Shown here piece after piece: positions 41,504 through 50,446 of a stretch of DNA of 64,000 nt. Location of the stretch: NCBI GenBank assembly GCA_945889495.1, contig CAMDBU010000001.1, positions 17,877 to 81,876 on the forward strand, given 5' to 3'. The notes under the pieces are model-generated. The model was not told where the DNA came from and made no database searches. It was given only the letters and a program-made list of their open reading frames with translations. Every line of letters begins with the position of its first letter. Position 1 is the first letter of the stretch. Both the position numbers and the translations under genes were made by a program. The DNA is from Syntrophobacter sp. SbD2 (GTDB lineage: Bacteria > Desulfobacterota > Binatia > UBA9968).

Positions 41504-42499
41504 TTATTGAAATATTTTTCTGTATTCCTTGCGTTTCTCGGCCATCTGGTTGGCATCGGGTTCGTCCATCTCGACGACGTTGATCTTGTCGGCGTCGGGT
41601 AGCGGCGGATGGATGCCTTTGCGGGTGACGAACTCGCCGAACTTGGCCATCACGCGCAGGCTGTCGTCGCTGTAAAAATAATCGAGAAACGCCTTGGCGG
41701 CGTTGGGTCGGGCGGCGCGGCTACTCATGGTGATGGCGTGGGAGTGGCTCAAAAACTTGTCTTGGCGGACATAATCCAGTGGCGCGCCCTTCTGGCCGAA
41801 GCTGACGACGTATTTCAAATAGGTGATCGCGATGGGCGTCTCGCCGCTGGTGACCCGCTCGGCGGCGGGTAGGACGCCTTCGAGGATCGCCGGCTTGGTG
41901 GCGCCGAGATCACGCAGATATTTTTCGGCGCGATCTTTGCCCATGAGTTTGTACAAGCTCATGGGCCACATGACCGCCACTGCGCCGCGCGATGGGTCGG
42001 GAAAGGCCAACTTGCCGCGGAACTCGGGCTTCAATAAATCTTCCAAGCTCTTCGGCGCTTTGTCGGGTGGAATAATGCTCTTGTTATAAACGATGCCGAC
42101 GATGGAGGTGCGATAGCTCGGCCCCAGCTGCGGGTGCTGATGTTCGGCGGGAAAATTCTTGGCCATCGGCGAGTCGTACTTCGCCAGGGCACCTTCGGCG
42201 AGCAGTATCTCCATGGGCCCGGCGTTGTTGAGCACGAGATCGTAGCCGACTTTGTTGGCCTTCCTTTCGGTGGAGGCCCGTTCGAGCACGGTGGCGCCGG
42301 CGGCGCGCCAGTAGTCGACCTTGATGCCGGTCTTCTTTTCAAATCCCTGCTGAATGCCGTCGAAGATATCGGTCTCCATGGAGCCGTAGATGACGACTTT
42401 GCCTTCCTTCTTCGCCTCGGCGACGAGTTTGGCGTCTTGGGCCGCGACCAGAGTGGGCAGACAGAGATAGAGACAGAGAAGGGCGATCGATATGCGCAT
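41504..42499 (-). CDS. ABC substrate-binding protein, ferric-type / SBP family-1-like. An orphan.
   Basis: Signal peptide. Paralogue of 33474-34496. Confidence 0.65.
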   Translation of the reverse strand: MRISIALLCLYLCLPTLVAAQDAKLVAEAKKEGKVVIYGSMETDIFDGIQQGFEKKTGIKVDYWRAAGATVLERASTERKANKVGYDLVLNNAGPMEILLAEGALAKYDSPMAKNFPAEHQHPQLGPSYRTSIVGIVYNKSIIPPDKAPKSLEDLLKPEFRGKLAFPDPSRGAVAVMWPMSLYKLMGKDRAEKYLRDLGATKPAILEGVLPAAERVTSGETPIAITYLKYVVSFGQKGAPLDYVRQDKFLSHSHAITMSSRAARPNAAKAFLDYFYSDDSLRVMAKFGEFVTRKGIHPPLPDADKINVVEMDEPDANQMAEKRKEYRKIFQ

Positions 42500-42517
42500 C
42501 TTGGTTTCCTACTGTAG

Positions 42518-42537
42518 GGGCGCAGCATGCTGCGCCC
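42518..42537. repeat. Perfect 20-bp palindrome GGGCGCAGCATGCTGCGCCC (second copy).
   Basis: Identical to 38395-38414. Confidence 0.6.
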
Positions 42538-42543
42538 GTCCGA

Positions 42544-43512
42544 CTACGCCGCCAATTCCACCGAGGTGACGAACGGCAACCCGCTAGCCACTTGGCGCGC
42601 GCCGCTGTCGTCGACCATCAGTAAAGTTCCGTCCGAGGTGCCGGCGATCATGCCGTTGCCGTCGGGGGTCGGGCAGAGGTGCATGACGCCGCCGTTCAAA
42701 TTATCGATCACGCTGTCCCAGGTTTTGCCTTTGTCGCTGCTGCGCAGGATCGCCGACAGGGCGCCGCCTTCGCGCAGCCAGAGATTGGGCCGGCCGCGCG
42801 CCGCGCCGACATAGAGGACGCCGTTTTTGTCTTCGGCCACCGAGATGCCGTAGTCGTGATTTTTCGGCGAGATGTTTTCCCAATGGCCGGCGCGGTCGGG
42901 GCTGCGGAAGCAGGCTTCGCCGCAGGCGAGAAAGACGTTGCCCGAGTGTTGTTCAGAGGCGAGGATCTCGTGGATGTCCATGTCGGTGAGTCCTTCGTTG
43001 CACGGCTCCCAGCCGCGGCCGCCGTCGTCGCTCAGCACCATGCCGCCGACTTCGATGCCGGCGTAGAGGCGGTTCTTATTTTCCGGCTCGTAGGCGAGGT
43101 AGCGGGTGCGCGATTGGAGCTCCGGGCTCGGCGGAAAGTTCGCCCCGGCGCTGTGCAGGCGCACGCCTTCGAGTTCTTCCCAACCGCCGCTCTTGCTGCG
43201 GTACACCGCCGATGGAATCGTCCCAACCATGACGCCGCCATTCAATGCCAACGCCGAGTAGAGAAACATCTTCGGCACCTGCGGATCGGCTCGGTCCCAA
43301 TGGGCGCCGGCGTCCTTGGTATAAAAAAGCCCCGAGTGCTCGGTGCCAGCGTAAAGCGTCTTGGGATCCTCCGGGTCGACGGTCATGCAAGTGAGCGTCC
43401 AGTAGGAAAGATCGCGCTTGGTCTGAGTAAACTCCTTGCCATGCTGCTCGAACCGGTACCAGCCGGAAAAGGTTGCGACATGTAAAGCCTGCTTGCCATT
43501 GGTCCCGCTCAT
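42544..43512 (-). CDS. BNR/Asp-box repeat beta-propeller protein (sialidase-like fold), 322 aa.
   Basis: Repeated S/T-x-D-x-G-x-T/S-W motifs: TKDAGAHW, SDDGGRGW, SSDKGKTW. Confidence 0.65.
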   Translation of the reverse strand: MSGTNGKQALHVATFSGWYRFEQHGKEFTQTKRDLSYWTLTCMTVDPEDPKTLYAGTEHSGLFYTKDAGAHWDRADPQVPKMFLYSALALNGGVMVGTIPSAVYRSKSGGWEELEGVRLHSAGANFPPSPELQSRTRYLAYEPENKNRLYAGIEVGGMVLSDDGGRGWEPCNEGLTDMDIHEILASEQHSGNVFLACGEACFRSPDRAGHWENISPKNHDYGISVAEDKNGVLYVGAARGRPNLWLREGGALSAILRSSDKGKTWDSVIDNLNGGVMHLCPTPDGNGMIAGTSDGTLLMVDDSGARQVASGLPFVTSVELAA

Positions 43513-43731
43513 GGAATGCTCCTTCGGCGCTGCGCCGTGAAAGTTAGTGAGACCTTTTTAACTCGACTGGGGTGGGGTTGGCAACATGGGGGAAGGCATT
43601 AGGCAATAGCTTTCGGAACCGGACAACCGTGGATCACGATCCGAAAGTCACATCTTTGAGGGAATGTTGATGCCTGCCAATCATACGCTCCAGAGGAGCG
43701 TCGTTGTGTAAATTCCGGGGCCGTGAAATAA

Positions 43732-43745
43732 TACCTTTAAAGGTA
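43732..43745. promoter_or_regulatory. Palindrome TACCTTTAAAGGTA, 20 nt upstream of the phd start. Candidate operator of the toxin-antitoxin module.
   Basis: Perfect 14-bp dyad in the AT-rich leader, overlapping the likely promoter. Confidence 0.4.
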
Positions 43746-43765
43746 CTTTAAAAGGAGGTTCGGCA

Positions 43766-44053
43766 ATGGATATTACCCAGGATATTCAATCCTTGACGAC
43801 ATTTCGTAACAACTCCGTGGCATTTCTTCAGCAACTGAAAAAAAATAAACGCCCGGTTATCTTGACGGTTAACGGTAAGGCCGCCGCCGTTGTCCAGGAC
43901 GCCGAAGCGTATCAACGTTTGCTCGACATCGCGGCGCGGGCCGATGCCGTGGAAGGCATCCGCCAAGGACTTGAGGATGTCGCGAAAGGCCGTACCCGTC
44001 CAGTCCGGGAGTTCGTGGCGTCGTTCCGGCGGGATCATGGCATACCGCGTTGA
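43766..44053 (+). CDS. Phd/YefM-family type II antitoxin, 95 aa.
   Basis: …RPVILTVNGKAAAVVQDAEAYQRLLD… is the Phd/YefM fold signature. RBS AAGGAGG. Confidence 0.8.
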   Translation: MDITQDIQSLTTFRNNSVAFLQQLKKNKRPVILTVNGKAAAVVQDAEAYQRLLDIAARADAVEGIRQGLEDVAKGRTRPVREFVASFRRDHGIPR

Positions 44054-44333
44054 GATTACGGCTCGCGCTGAAAGCGACCTGGCTGACATTTACGGGCGCA
44101 TACAAGCCGAGACTTCACCCCAAGCAGCCAAGTGGTTTAATGGCATGGCGAGAGCGATGACCAGTCTTGAGAAGTACCCAAAGCGCGCTCCATTCACTCC
44201 CGAGAGTCGCGGCTTGCGGCACTTTCTCTACGGCAGGAAGCCTAAAGTCTATCGGATCATTTTCAAAATCGATGAAAAAACGTCTACCGTCCATGTTTTA
44301 CACGTACGCGCGCCAGGACGCGACCGGATGTAG
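44037..44333 (+). CDS. RelE/ParE-family type II toxin, 98 aa. It overlaps the antitoxin by 17 nt.
   Basis: MAYRVEITARAESDLADIY…YRIIFKIDEKTSTVHVLHVRAPGRD is the ParE/RelE pattern. Confidence 0.75.
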   Translation: MAYRVEITARAESDLADIYGRIQAETSPQAAKWFNGMARAMTSLEKYPKRAPFTPESRGLRHFLYGRKPKVYRIIFKIDEKTSTVHVLHVRAPGRDRM

Positions 44334-44564
44334 AAGCAGTAGGGAGCATCTTGCTAGCTCAAAGTTTTACCCGGCATTTTAACTGAATTCTCCAACTAAC
44401 AAATCGTGTGCGATCGAACTGTAGCGTCTTACAGTTCAATCCGATAAAGAAATTAGCCATTATCTCCTCGACAACTCCGGTTCAGTTGCTGCCGTAAATA
44501 ATCTGCCGTAAATAATCTTTTCTCAATGACCCTGCTCGTGATAGCCTCCAGAGCAAGGTGGGCA

Positions 44565-45554
44565 ATGAAGAAATCTGCTATGTCATCGATCTTGGTTGCA
44601 CTGTTCGTGCTTGTTCTTGGCGTCGTTGCCCAGGCGCAGCAGCCGACAAAAATCCCTCGCATCGGTTTTCTCTTTAGTGGCTCCAATGATCAGCCCCACC
44701 TCCCGTCGTTCCGCCAGGGGCTGCACGATCTGGGCTACATCGAGGGCAAAAGCATTGCCATCGAGTATCGCTACGCCGCGGGAAAGCCTGACGCGCTGCC
44801 AGGGCTTGCAGCCGAACTGGTGGGTCTTAATGTTGACGTGATACTTACGACAACTCCTCTAAGCAGCCGCGCGGCGCTCCAGGCAACCAGCACGATTCCA
44901 ATTGTCGGGGTGGGGGCCGGTGATCCTGTTCTAGAGGGGCTAGTCAACAGCCTGGCGCGACCGGGCGGCAATCTTACCGGTCTGTCAAACGTCGCCGCAC
45001 CCGGTATGGTGGGCAAGCTTTTGGAGCTGCTCAAGGAGGCTAGTCCCAAGGCCAGCGTAGTGGCGGTGCTGTGGAATGCCGGAGCTGGCGAGTTCGCAGG
45101 TGCTGGGCTTGAAGAGGCAAAAACGGCGGCCAAGGTTCTTGGAGTAAGATTGCGCCCTTACGAGATCAAGAGTGTCGGGGATATCGAGCGCGCCTTCGAC
45201 GATTTAAAGAAATCGCAAGTTAACGCGCTGCTTATACCCGGGGGCCCGGTAATGACTCAACATTCAAAGCGGATTGCCGAGCTCGCCACCAAGCATCGCT
45301 TGCCAGCAATGTATAATTCGCGGCAATTTGTCGAGAACGGCGGATTGATGGCCTACGGGGCCAATTTCGGAGATATTTACCGCCGCGCCGCCACCTATGT
45401 CGACAAGATCTTGAAGGGAAGAAAGGCTGTCGATCTGCCGGTCGAGCAGCCGATGAAATTTGAGTTCATCGTCAATCTCAAAGCCGCCAAGCAAATCGGC
45501 GTGACAATCCCGCCTAATGTGTTAGTGCGGGCGGATAAGGTGATTAAAGATTAA
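44565..45554 (+). CDS. ABC substrate-binding protein (PF04392 type). An orphan.
   Basis: Signal peptide. …KIPRIGFLFSGS… and C-terminal …YVDKILKGRKAVDLPVEQPMKFEFIVNLKAAKQIGV…. Paralogue of 5592-6572. Confidence 0.7.
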   Translation: MKKSAMSSILVALFVLVLGVVAQAQQPTKIPRIGFLFSGSNDQPHLPSFRQGLHDLGYIEGKSIAIEYRYAAGKPDALPGLAAELVGLNVDVILTTTPLSSRAALQATSTIPIVGVGAGDPVLEGLVNSLARPGGNLTGLSNVAAPGMVGKLLELLKEASPKASVVAVLWNAGAGEFAGAGLEEAKTAAKVLGVRLRPYEIKSVGDIERAFDDLKKSQVNALLIPGGPVMTQHSKRIAELATKHRLPAMYNSRQFVENGGLMAYGANFGDIYRRAATYVDKILKGRKAVDLPVEQPMKFEFIVNLKAAKQIGVTIPPNVLVRADKVIKD

Positions 45555-45588
45555 CCACGCGGCGACGCCAGGATTTAATCTAATATTC

Positions 45589-45679
45589 CCCGCTGCTTGC
45601 GGCGGGCACAACTAAATGGGGTTTCCAAAGGGGGCGAGCATCCCCTTTGGTCGCGATCGGGGTTCATACCCCGATCGCG
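45589..45679. other. Three consecutive GC hairpins between convergent genes.
   Basis: CCCGC…GCGGG; CCAAAGGGG-GCGAGCAT-CCCCTTTGG; CGCGATCGGGG-TTCATA-CCCCGATCGCG. Confidence 0.4.
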
Positions 45680-45809
45680 AAATGCCAGGTTGATTGTTTC
45701 GTAGGAGCAAATCGGGTTACTAACGGTATGTGGAACCGAATTGATCATTCTGTTCGAAAAGACTGGCATCGAGAAAGCGGATACTGCCAGGGGTGAACGC
45801 GTTTTCTGA

Positions 45810-46220
45810 TTACGGCCTTTGTTGCCCCCGGACCAATCCATCGACGTAAGGGATCGCGTCTTCGATGCACATTTGGAAGCGGCGGGTGGCGGCTGGGTCG
45901 GCGCGTTCGGTGGCGCGCAGGGATTTTAGTAGGTCGAGCATCTCCGGCGAAGCCAATGCAACCGTTCCGTCCAAGGCGGCTTGCCAGACTTCTTCAGCGG
46001 CGTCGTTGAGCGCTTCGGCGATGAAGGACGGCGAATGCTCTTCGCGCCGTTCCCAGGCTACCGTGACGAGAAACGCGCGCGCCTCGGGATTGGCTTCTTG
46101 GCGAAAGGCCTCAACCAATGCCGGCACAAGCTCTTCTTCGGCTTCGAGCAATGCCGTCATCGCGGCATCGTCGTCGCCGGCGCGGAAGGCTTTTAGGCTG
46201 TCGGTGATTTTAGTTTCCAT
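45810..46220 (-). CDS. Hypothetical acidic protein, 136 aa, alpha-helical.
   Basis: Intact ORF with codon bias. No recognisable motif. Confidence 0.45.
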   Translation of the reverse strand: METKITDSLKAFRAGDDDAAMTALLEAEEELVPALVEAFRQEANPEARAFLVTVAWERREEHSPSFIAEALNDAAEEVWQAALDGTVALASPEMLDLLKSLRATERADPAATRRFQMCIEDAIPYVDGLVRGQQRP

Positions 46221-46252
46221 GGGTTTTACTCGGGCAGTTTTTCTTAGAATTA

Positions 46253-46346
46253 CTTCCTTCCCCTCGACGGGGAAGGATAGAGGTAGGGGTGCTCAATTGA
46301 ATTCCCCTCACCCTTGCCCTCTCCCGCAAGGGGAGAGGGTACTCGG
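46253..46346. repeat. GC-rich hairpin repeat, E family (CCTTCCCCTCGACGGGGAAGG … CCCTCTCCCGCAAGGGGAGAGGG).
   Basis: Homologous to 50447-50552 in the same orientation. It explains the spurious …PLPQGERV… ORF. Confidence 0.6.
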
Positions 46347-46390
46347 ATGCGGTCGGTAAGGTTAGTTGGTCCACTTTGATCGGCCTACAG

Positions 46391-47023
46391 TTAACGCTGC
46401 CAGATTCCGATCAATTCTTTCGACTCCACCACGTCAGCGAATTTCTCAATTCGTTTCAGCGCAGCGTTCTGCCCTTCTTCCGTATAAGTCCCGACGCAGT
46501 CGCGGACGACGACCATCAGATGGCCGCGGTTGTGGCCGTCGCGGACGGTCATCTCGACGCCGCCGTCGGTGGTGCAGCCGATCATGACTATCGTCGTCGC
46601 GCCGCGGTTGAGCATGATGGTTTCGAACTCGTTGCCGATGAACATGCTCGGTCTTCGCTTATCGATGACGATGTCTTCTGGCGCGGGTTTGAACGGCGCC
46701 ATGATTTCCCAGTTGGTGCTGCCCTTCAGACGGCGCGGTTTTAGTTTGCTCGGATGATCGACCTTTTCGTTCCTCATCGCTCGGCGAATCCAGGTGACCG
46801 CTTCCTCGCTCCAGAGAAACGGCGTCTGGCGCGTGTAGACGGTTTTGATCCCGGCTTCGGCCGCGGCGGCGATCAGCGGCGGCGCGATGCGGATCAGCGC
46901 GTCTTTGTTGAACGCGCCGCCGGCTTGGTCGTTTTGCATATCCCAGACCAGCAGGACAGTCTTGGCTGGATCGACGATTTCTTTTAGTTCGGTGGGTATC
47001 TGACGGCCGGCGAATTCAATCAT
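46391..47023 (-). CDS. Isochorismatase-family cysteine hydrolase, 210 aa.
   Basis: …VLLVWDMQND…, Lys, and Cys in …VMIGCTTDGGV…. Confidence 0.7.
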   Translation of the reverse strand: MIEFAGRQIPTELKEIVDPAKTVLLVWDMQNDQAGGAFNKDALIRIAPPLIAAAAEAGIKTVYTRQTPFLWSEEAVTWIRRAMRNEKVDHPSKLKPRRLKGSTNWEIMAPFKPAPEDIVIDKRRPSMFIGNEFETIMLNRGATTIVMIGCTTDGGVEMTVRDGHNRGHLMVVVRDCVGTYTEEGQNAALKRIEKFADVVESKELIGIWQR

Positions 47024-47193
47024 TGGCGTGGTCTCCTCTTTCTTCGCTAACTACCTTTATCGGAGTCCTTCGACGGGCTCAGAGCCTGTCCCGAGTCCAT
47101 TGAGGGAACGAACGGAGGGGAGTTGTTGCGAATGTGGCTTCTCCGTTCATGCTGAGGTTCTCGAAGCATTCCGAACCATATTTCAGCTAGATG

Positions 47194-48183
47194 CTAATAG
47201 TTGCCGCCCTTGGCTTCAAACTCTTTGCGCACCTCTTCGGCGATGCGTAGGTCGAAAAACTGTTCCGCCGCCAGCGGTTTGTCGAGTTTGAGCGGGATGC
47301 GCAGTTCATGTTCGAGGATGTTCTTCACGCCTTCGGCCGATGGCACGCCGGGAATCCCCGCTGGAAAGGCGCGGGTGTAGCTACGGATCGCTTCGGTCAA
47401 CATCGGCTTGGTGATGTTCCTAATGCGCAGACGTTTGAGCGCGATGTCGGCGGCTTCTTCGGGGCGGTCGCGGACGAATAGCAGCGAGCGGGTCATGGCT
47501 CTGATCCAGCGCTTTACCTGGGCGGGATTGTCTTTGAGCTTCTGGTTGGTAACGACGTAGCCCTGAAACGGCAGCGGAAAGATATCGCCCAAGTAGGCGA
47601 GCTTGCGCAGCCCCTCGCGCTCCGCCGCGACGGTGCCGGCGGGATCGAGGACGACGGCGGACACCGCGCCGCTTTTGACGCCGAGGATTTTGTCGCCGAT
47701 GCCCGTGCCCAGGGAGATTTTGGTTAAGTCTTTGGCCGCGACGCCGGCGCGTTCGGCGAACAGAGTGATAAACCGGTCTTCGCTATCTCCGATCAGGGCG
47801 GCGCCGACCTTTTTGCCCTTGAGGTCGGTGCCCGATGTTATGCTCGGATGGACGACCAAATACCAGGTGGGCTTTTCGGTTTGGTAGAAAATCGCTTTGA
47901 GCGGCGCGCCGCGCACCGCACCACGCAGGCCGCTTCCGCCGGCGCCACTGAAGTCGATCTCGCCGCTCAATAACGCGGCGATGCCGGCGGGACCGCCGAT
48001 GGCGATGGTTTCATTGTCAAATCCCTCGTCGCGGAAAAACTTGCGCTCGTCGGCGCTGTAGACCGTCAAGTAATTCAAGTTGGCGCCGGGGATGGCGGTG
48101 CGAATTTTTTCGGCGTGGGCGTTGGCGGGGAGTATGGCAACCCAGATGACCAGCGCGACTAGAAAATGGAGTTTGCCGATCAT
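47194..48183 (-). CDS. NMT1/THI5-like ABC substrate-binding protein. An orphan.
   Basis: Signal peptide MIGKLHFLVALVIWVAILPANAHA. The track's TTG start at 48195 is less likely than ATG 48183. Confidence 0.7.
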   Translation of the reverse strand: MIGKLHFLVALVIWVAILPANAHAEKIRTAIPGANLNYLTVYSADERKFFRDEGFDNETIAIGGPAGIAALLSGEIDFSGAGGSGLRGAVRGAPLKAIFYQTEKPTWYLVVHPSITSGTDLKGKKVGAALIGDSEDRFITLFAERAGVAAKDLTKISLGTGIGDKILGVKSGAVSAVVLDPAGTVAAEREGLRKLAYLGDIFPLPFQGYVVTNQKLKDNPAQVKRWIRAMTRSLLFVRDRPEEAADIALKRLRIRNITKPMLTEAIRSYTRAFPAGIPGVPSAEGVKNILEHELRIPLKLDKPLAAEQFFDLRIAEEVRKEFEAKGGNY

Positions 48184-48285
48184 GGTCCCTCTCAAGTTGA
48201 AGTTAACATGCGACGTTCAGGATTAGCCAGGTTTGCAAAGTCGGTGACAGCGGGGATCGATGGGTATCGCTGCGCTCCCCCCTTC

Positions 48286-48489
48286 CTACGGGACGCGTGG
48301 CTCGTATTGCAGTAACGCTCCGGGCTCGGGACAGTAGGGCAAACAGTCGGCGCAGCCGGTGCATTCGTTTTCGAGCACTTCGTACATGTGATGGATGTCC
48401 TGCATCTTCGGATGGACGGCACGCTCGGGGCAGACTTCGCGGCACAGGCCGCAGGCGATGCACAGGGATTCGACGATTTTGACTTTCAT
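48286..48489 (-). CDS. 2x[4Fe-4S] ferredoxin, 67 aa.
   Basis: CIACGLCREVCP and CTGCADCLPYCP. C-terminal …PRVP is shared with the other ferredoxin. Confidence 0.75.
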   Translation of the reverse strand: MKVKIVESLCIACGLCREVCPERAVHPKMQDIHHMYEVLENECTGCADCLPYCPEPGALLQYEPRVP

Positions 48490-48531
48490 TGCTTTGCGCC
48501 TTTGCGTCTTTGCGGGAGAAAATTCCAATTC

Positions 48532-49272
48532 TTAAGCCGCGCCACCCAACGCCCGGCTGGGTTCCGGCGCCCAGGGGCGCAGGAGGAAATCGAAGACTTC
48601 TTCAATCGGTTTTTGATCCTCCGGCGTTAGCGCGTAGGCGTCGATTTGATATTTGCCTTCCATGAAATGCATGAGCTCTTCGGCGGACTGGCTGTGCAGT
48701 TGGTGGCGGATCAGGTCGTCGTCGATGACGCTCAGCGTCGCGGTGATGCCAAGGCAGGCCATGGATTCGTTGTAATAGTGCTGGCCGGCGCGGGCGAGCG
48801 GATGGATGTGGGGAAACATGGCGGTCATGCCGAAGTAGGAAAGCTTCGGCTGGGTGTTGGCGCGCGGGTCGTCCATCAACTCTTCTTCGCGCTTGATGAA
48901 GCCGCCGCGCAGCATGACGTCGGCGTGGAGCTGGCCATGTTTCACTTCATCCCAGATCTGCCGGGCGCGCATGCGTTGGAGGTCGATGTATTTCGGCTGT
49001 TGGTCGGTGCTAACCGAAAGGATCTGCGTCGACATTTGTTTGAGCGACATGAACGGTCCCTCGGCGGCGTAACCGCCGCGCGCGCGGGCGGCTTTGTACT
49101 CGTCGCTGCCCGACGCCAAATCGGTCTCCGCGGCTTTGAGCGCTTGCAGGACTAATTTATCCCACAGCGGCAGGCAGCGCTCGGTCTGGCGCAGACGGAA
49201 GTCGACGCCGGGGCCGGTGAAACCTGTTGGGTAGACCCATTTGTCTAGGAAGTCTTTTAGGATGGCGTGCAT
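48532..49272 (-). CDS. Hypothetical metalloprotein B (246 aa) with three conserved His motifs. Possibly a ferritin-like or heme-oxygenase-like di-iron fold.
   Basis: WDEVKH, FPHIHP, HSQSAEELMH. Diverged paralogue of 49642-50394. Confidence 0.45.
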   Translation of the reverse strand: MHAILKDFLDKWVYPTGFTGPGVDFRLRQTERCLPLWDKLVLQALKAAETDLASGSDEYKAARARGGYAAEGPFMSLKQMSTQILSVSTDQQPKYIDLQRMRARQIWDEVKHGQLHADVMLRGGFIKREEELMDDPRANTQPKLSYFGMTAMFPHIHPLARAGQHYYNESMACLGITATLSVIDDDLIRHQLHSQSAEELMHFMEGKYQIDAYALTPEDQKPIEEVFDFLLRPWAPEPSRALGGAA

Positions 49273-49318
49273 TTAACGCTCCGATTCTACGGGTTCCAAA
49301 AGTTCCAATCGTTTTCGG

Positions 49319-49591
49319 TCACGGGACGCGCGGCCAGCGCTTGTTCTCGGTCCAGACCTCCTGCGGCGGTGGGACCATGGAGCGGCCGGTTTTGGTTTCG
49401 ACGATGGAGCCTTCGGCTGGGCAATACATCAGGCAGACCGTGCAACCGGGATAGGTGCAGCGCTCGTCGATTTCCAAAAAATGCTGCGAGGACGGCGCGA
49501 CTACCACCGCGTTGATTTCGATTTCGCGGCAAACGACGTAGCACATGCGGCACTCCGTACATTTCGCGTGATCGATTTTAAGAGTCGGCAT
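49319..49591 (-). CDS. 2x[4Fe-4S] ferredoxin, 90 aa.
   Basis: CTECRMCYVVCR and CTYPGCTVCLMYCP. Ends …WPRVP. Confidence 0.8.
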   Translation of the reverse strand: MPTLKIDHAKCTECRMCYVVCREIEINAVVVAPSSQHFLEIDERCTYPGCTVCLMYCPAEGSIVETKTGRSMVPPPQEVWTENKRWPRVP

Positions 49592-49641
49592 CGGATCAAT
49601 TCCAGATTACAAATTTCAGATTCCAAATTAACCGGACGTCG

Positions 49642-50394
49642 TCAGTCGATGTCGGCTTGCACGGTTACCTCGCCGGCTTTTTCCGCGGCCATGCCGAGGA
49701 CGAAGCGGGCGGTTTCTTCGAGGAAAAACAGGTAGTCGCGCTTGGTTTCGACGCACAAGCGCTTGGCCAGTTCGATGTCGATATCTTTGTGAATGTACTG
49801 TTCCACTTGGTGGCGGCCCATCAAGATATGGCTGCGGGTTTCGGCCAGCTGGCTGTGAAAAACCGCGCACAGGGATTCATCCGGCAATAGTTTGGCGAAG
49901 CGCTCGGTCCAGGAAAGTTCGATGACTTTGGCGCCGAGATTGAGCGCGGCGATGCGGATGTGGTGCGGATAATTGGCGAGCGCGCGCAGGCAAAAGATGT
50001 AGGCGCCGGTGCGCGTGGCGATGGCGAATTGGCCGTAGGGATGGGCGAATAGCGCGCGCTGGGTCGGCACCAAGCGGCGGCGCAGGATCTCGTCGCAGTA
50101 TTGCATCTCCTGAGTCGACTCGTCATAGGTTTGCTTGCCGAACAGATAGGCGACGCCGGGCGGGTAGTCGTTCAAATTGATGCCTTGGGCCCAACCGCCG
50201 TAGACGTAATAGAGCATGCGCTTTAGCGTCCACAGCCGGGCGAGCAAGCGGAAGCAGTGATCGTTGGTAAATTTGCCGGCGCGGGCGAACTCAATGACCG
50301 CGTCCATCGGTGTGACCGCGGCTTCTTGCTCGCTTTGTTGGAGCAGCTGTGCGGCGAGGGCGGCGCGGGGTTTGGCGGATGGCGAGGCTGGCAT
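49642..50394 (-). CDS. Hypothetical protein A (250 aa), a diverged paralogue of B.
   Basis: YDESTQE (Q replaces the motif-1 His), YPHHI, HSQLAETRSH. Motif spacing matches B. Confidence 0.45.
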   Translation of the reverse strand: MPASPSAKPRAALAAQLLQQSEQEAAVTPMDAVIEFARAGKFTNDHCFRLLARLWTLKRMLYYVYGGWAQGINLNDYPPGVAYLFGKQTYDESTQEMQYCDEILRRRLVPTQRALFAHPYGQFAIATRTGAYIFCLRALANYPHHIRIAALNLGAKVIELSWTERFAKLLPDESLCAVFHSQLAETRSHILMGRHQVEQYIHKDIDIELAKRLCVETKRDYLFFLEETARFVLGMAAEKAGEVTVQADID

Positions 50395-50446
50395 TTAGAA
50401 GTTTGCAGTTCAGCAATTGGTCGGAGTGTCTTCCTTCTGATCCGAT

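Noticed and set aside
42679-43485. A 268-aa plus-strand ORF.
   Set aside because: It is antisense to the BNR-repeat gene, whose Asp-box motifs are in frame.
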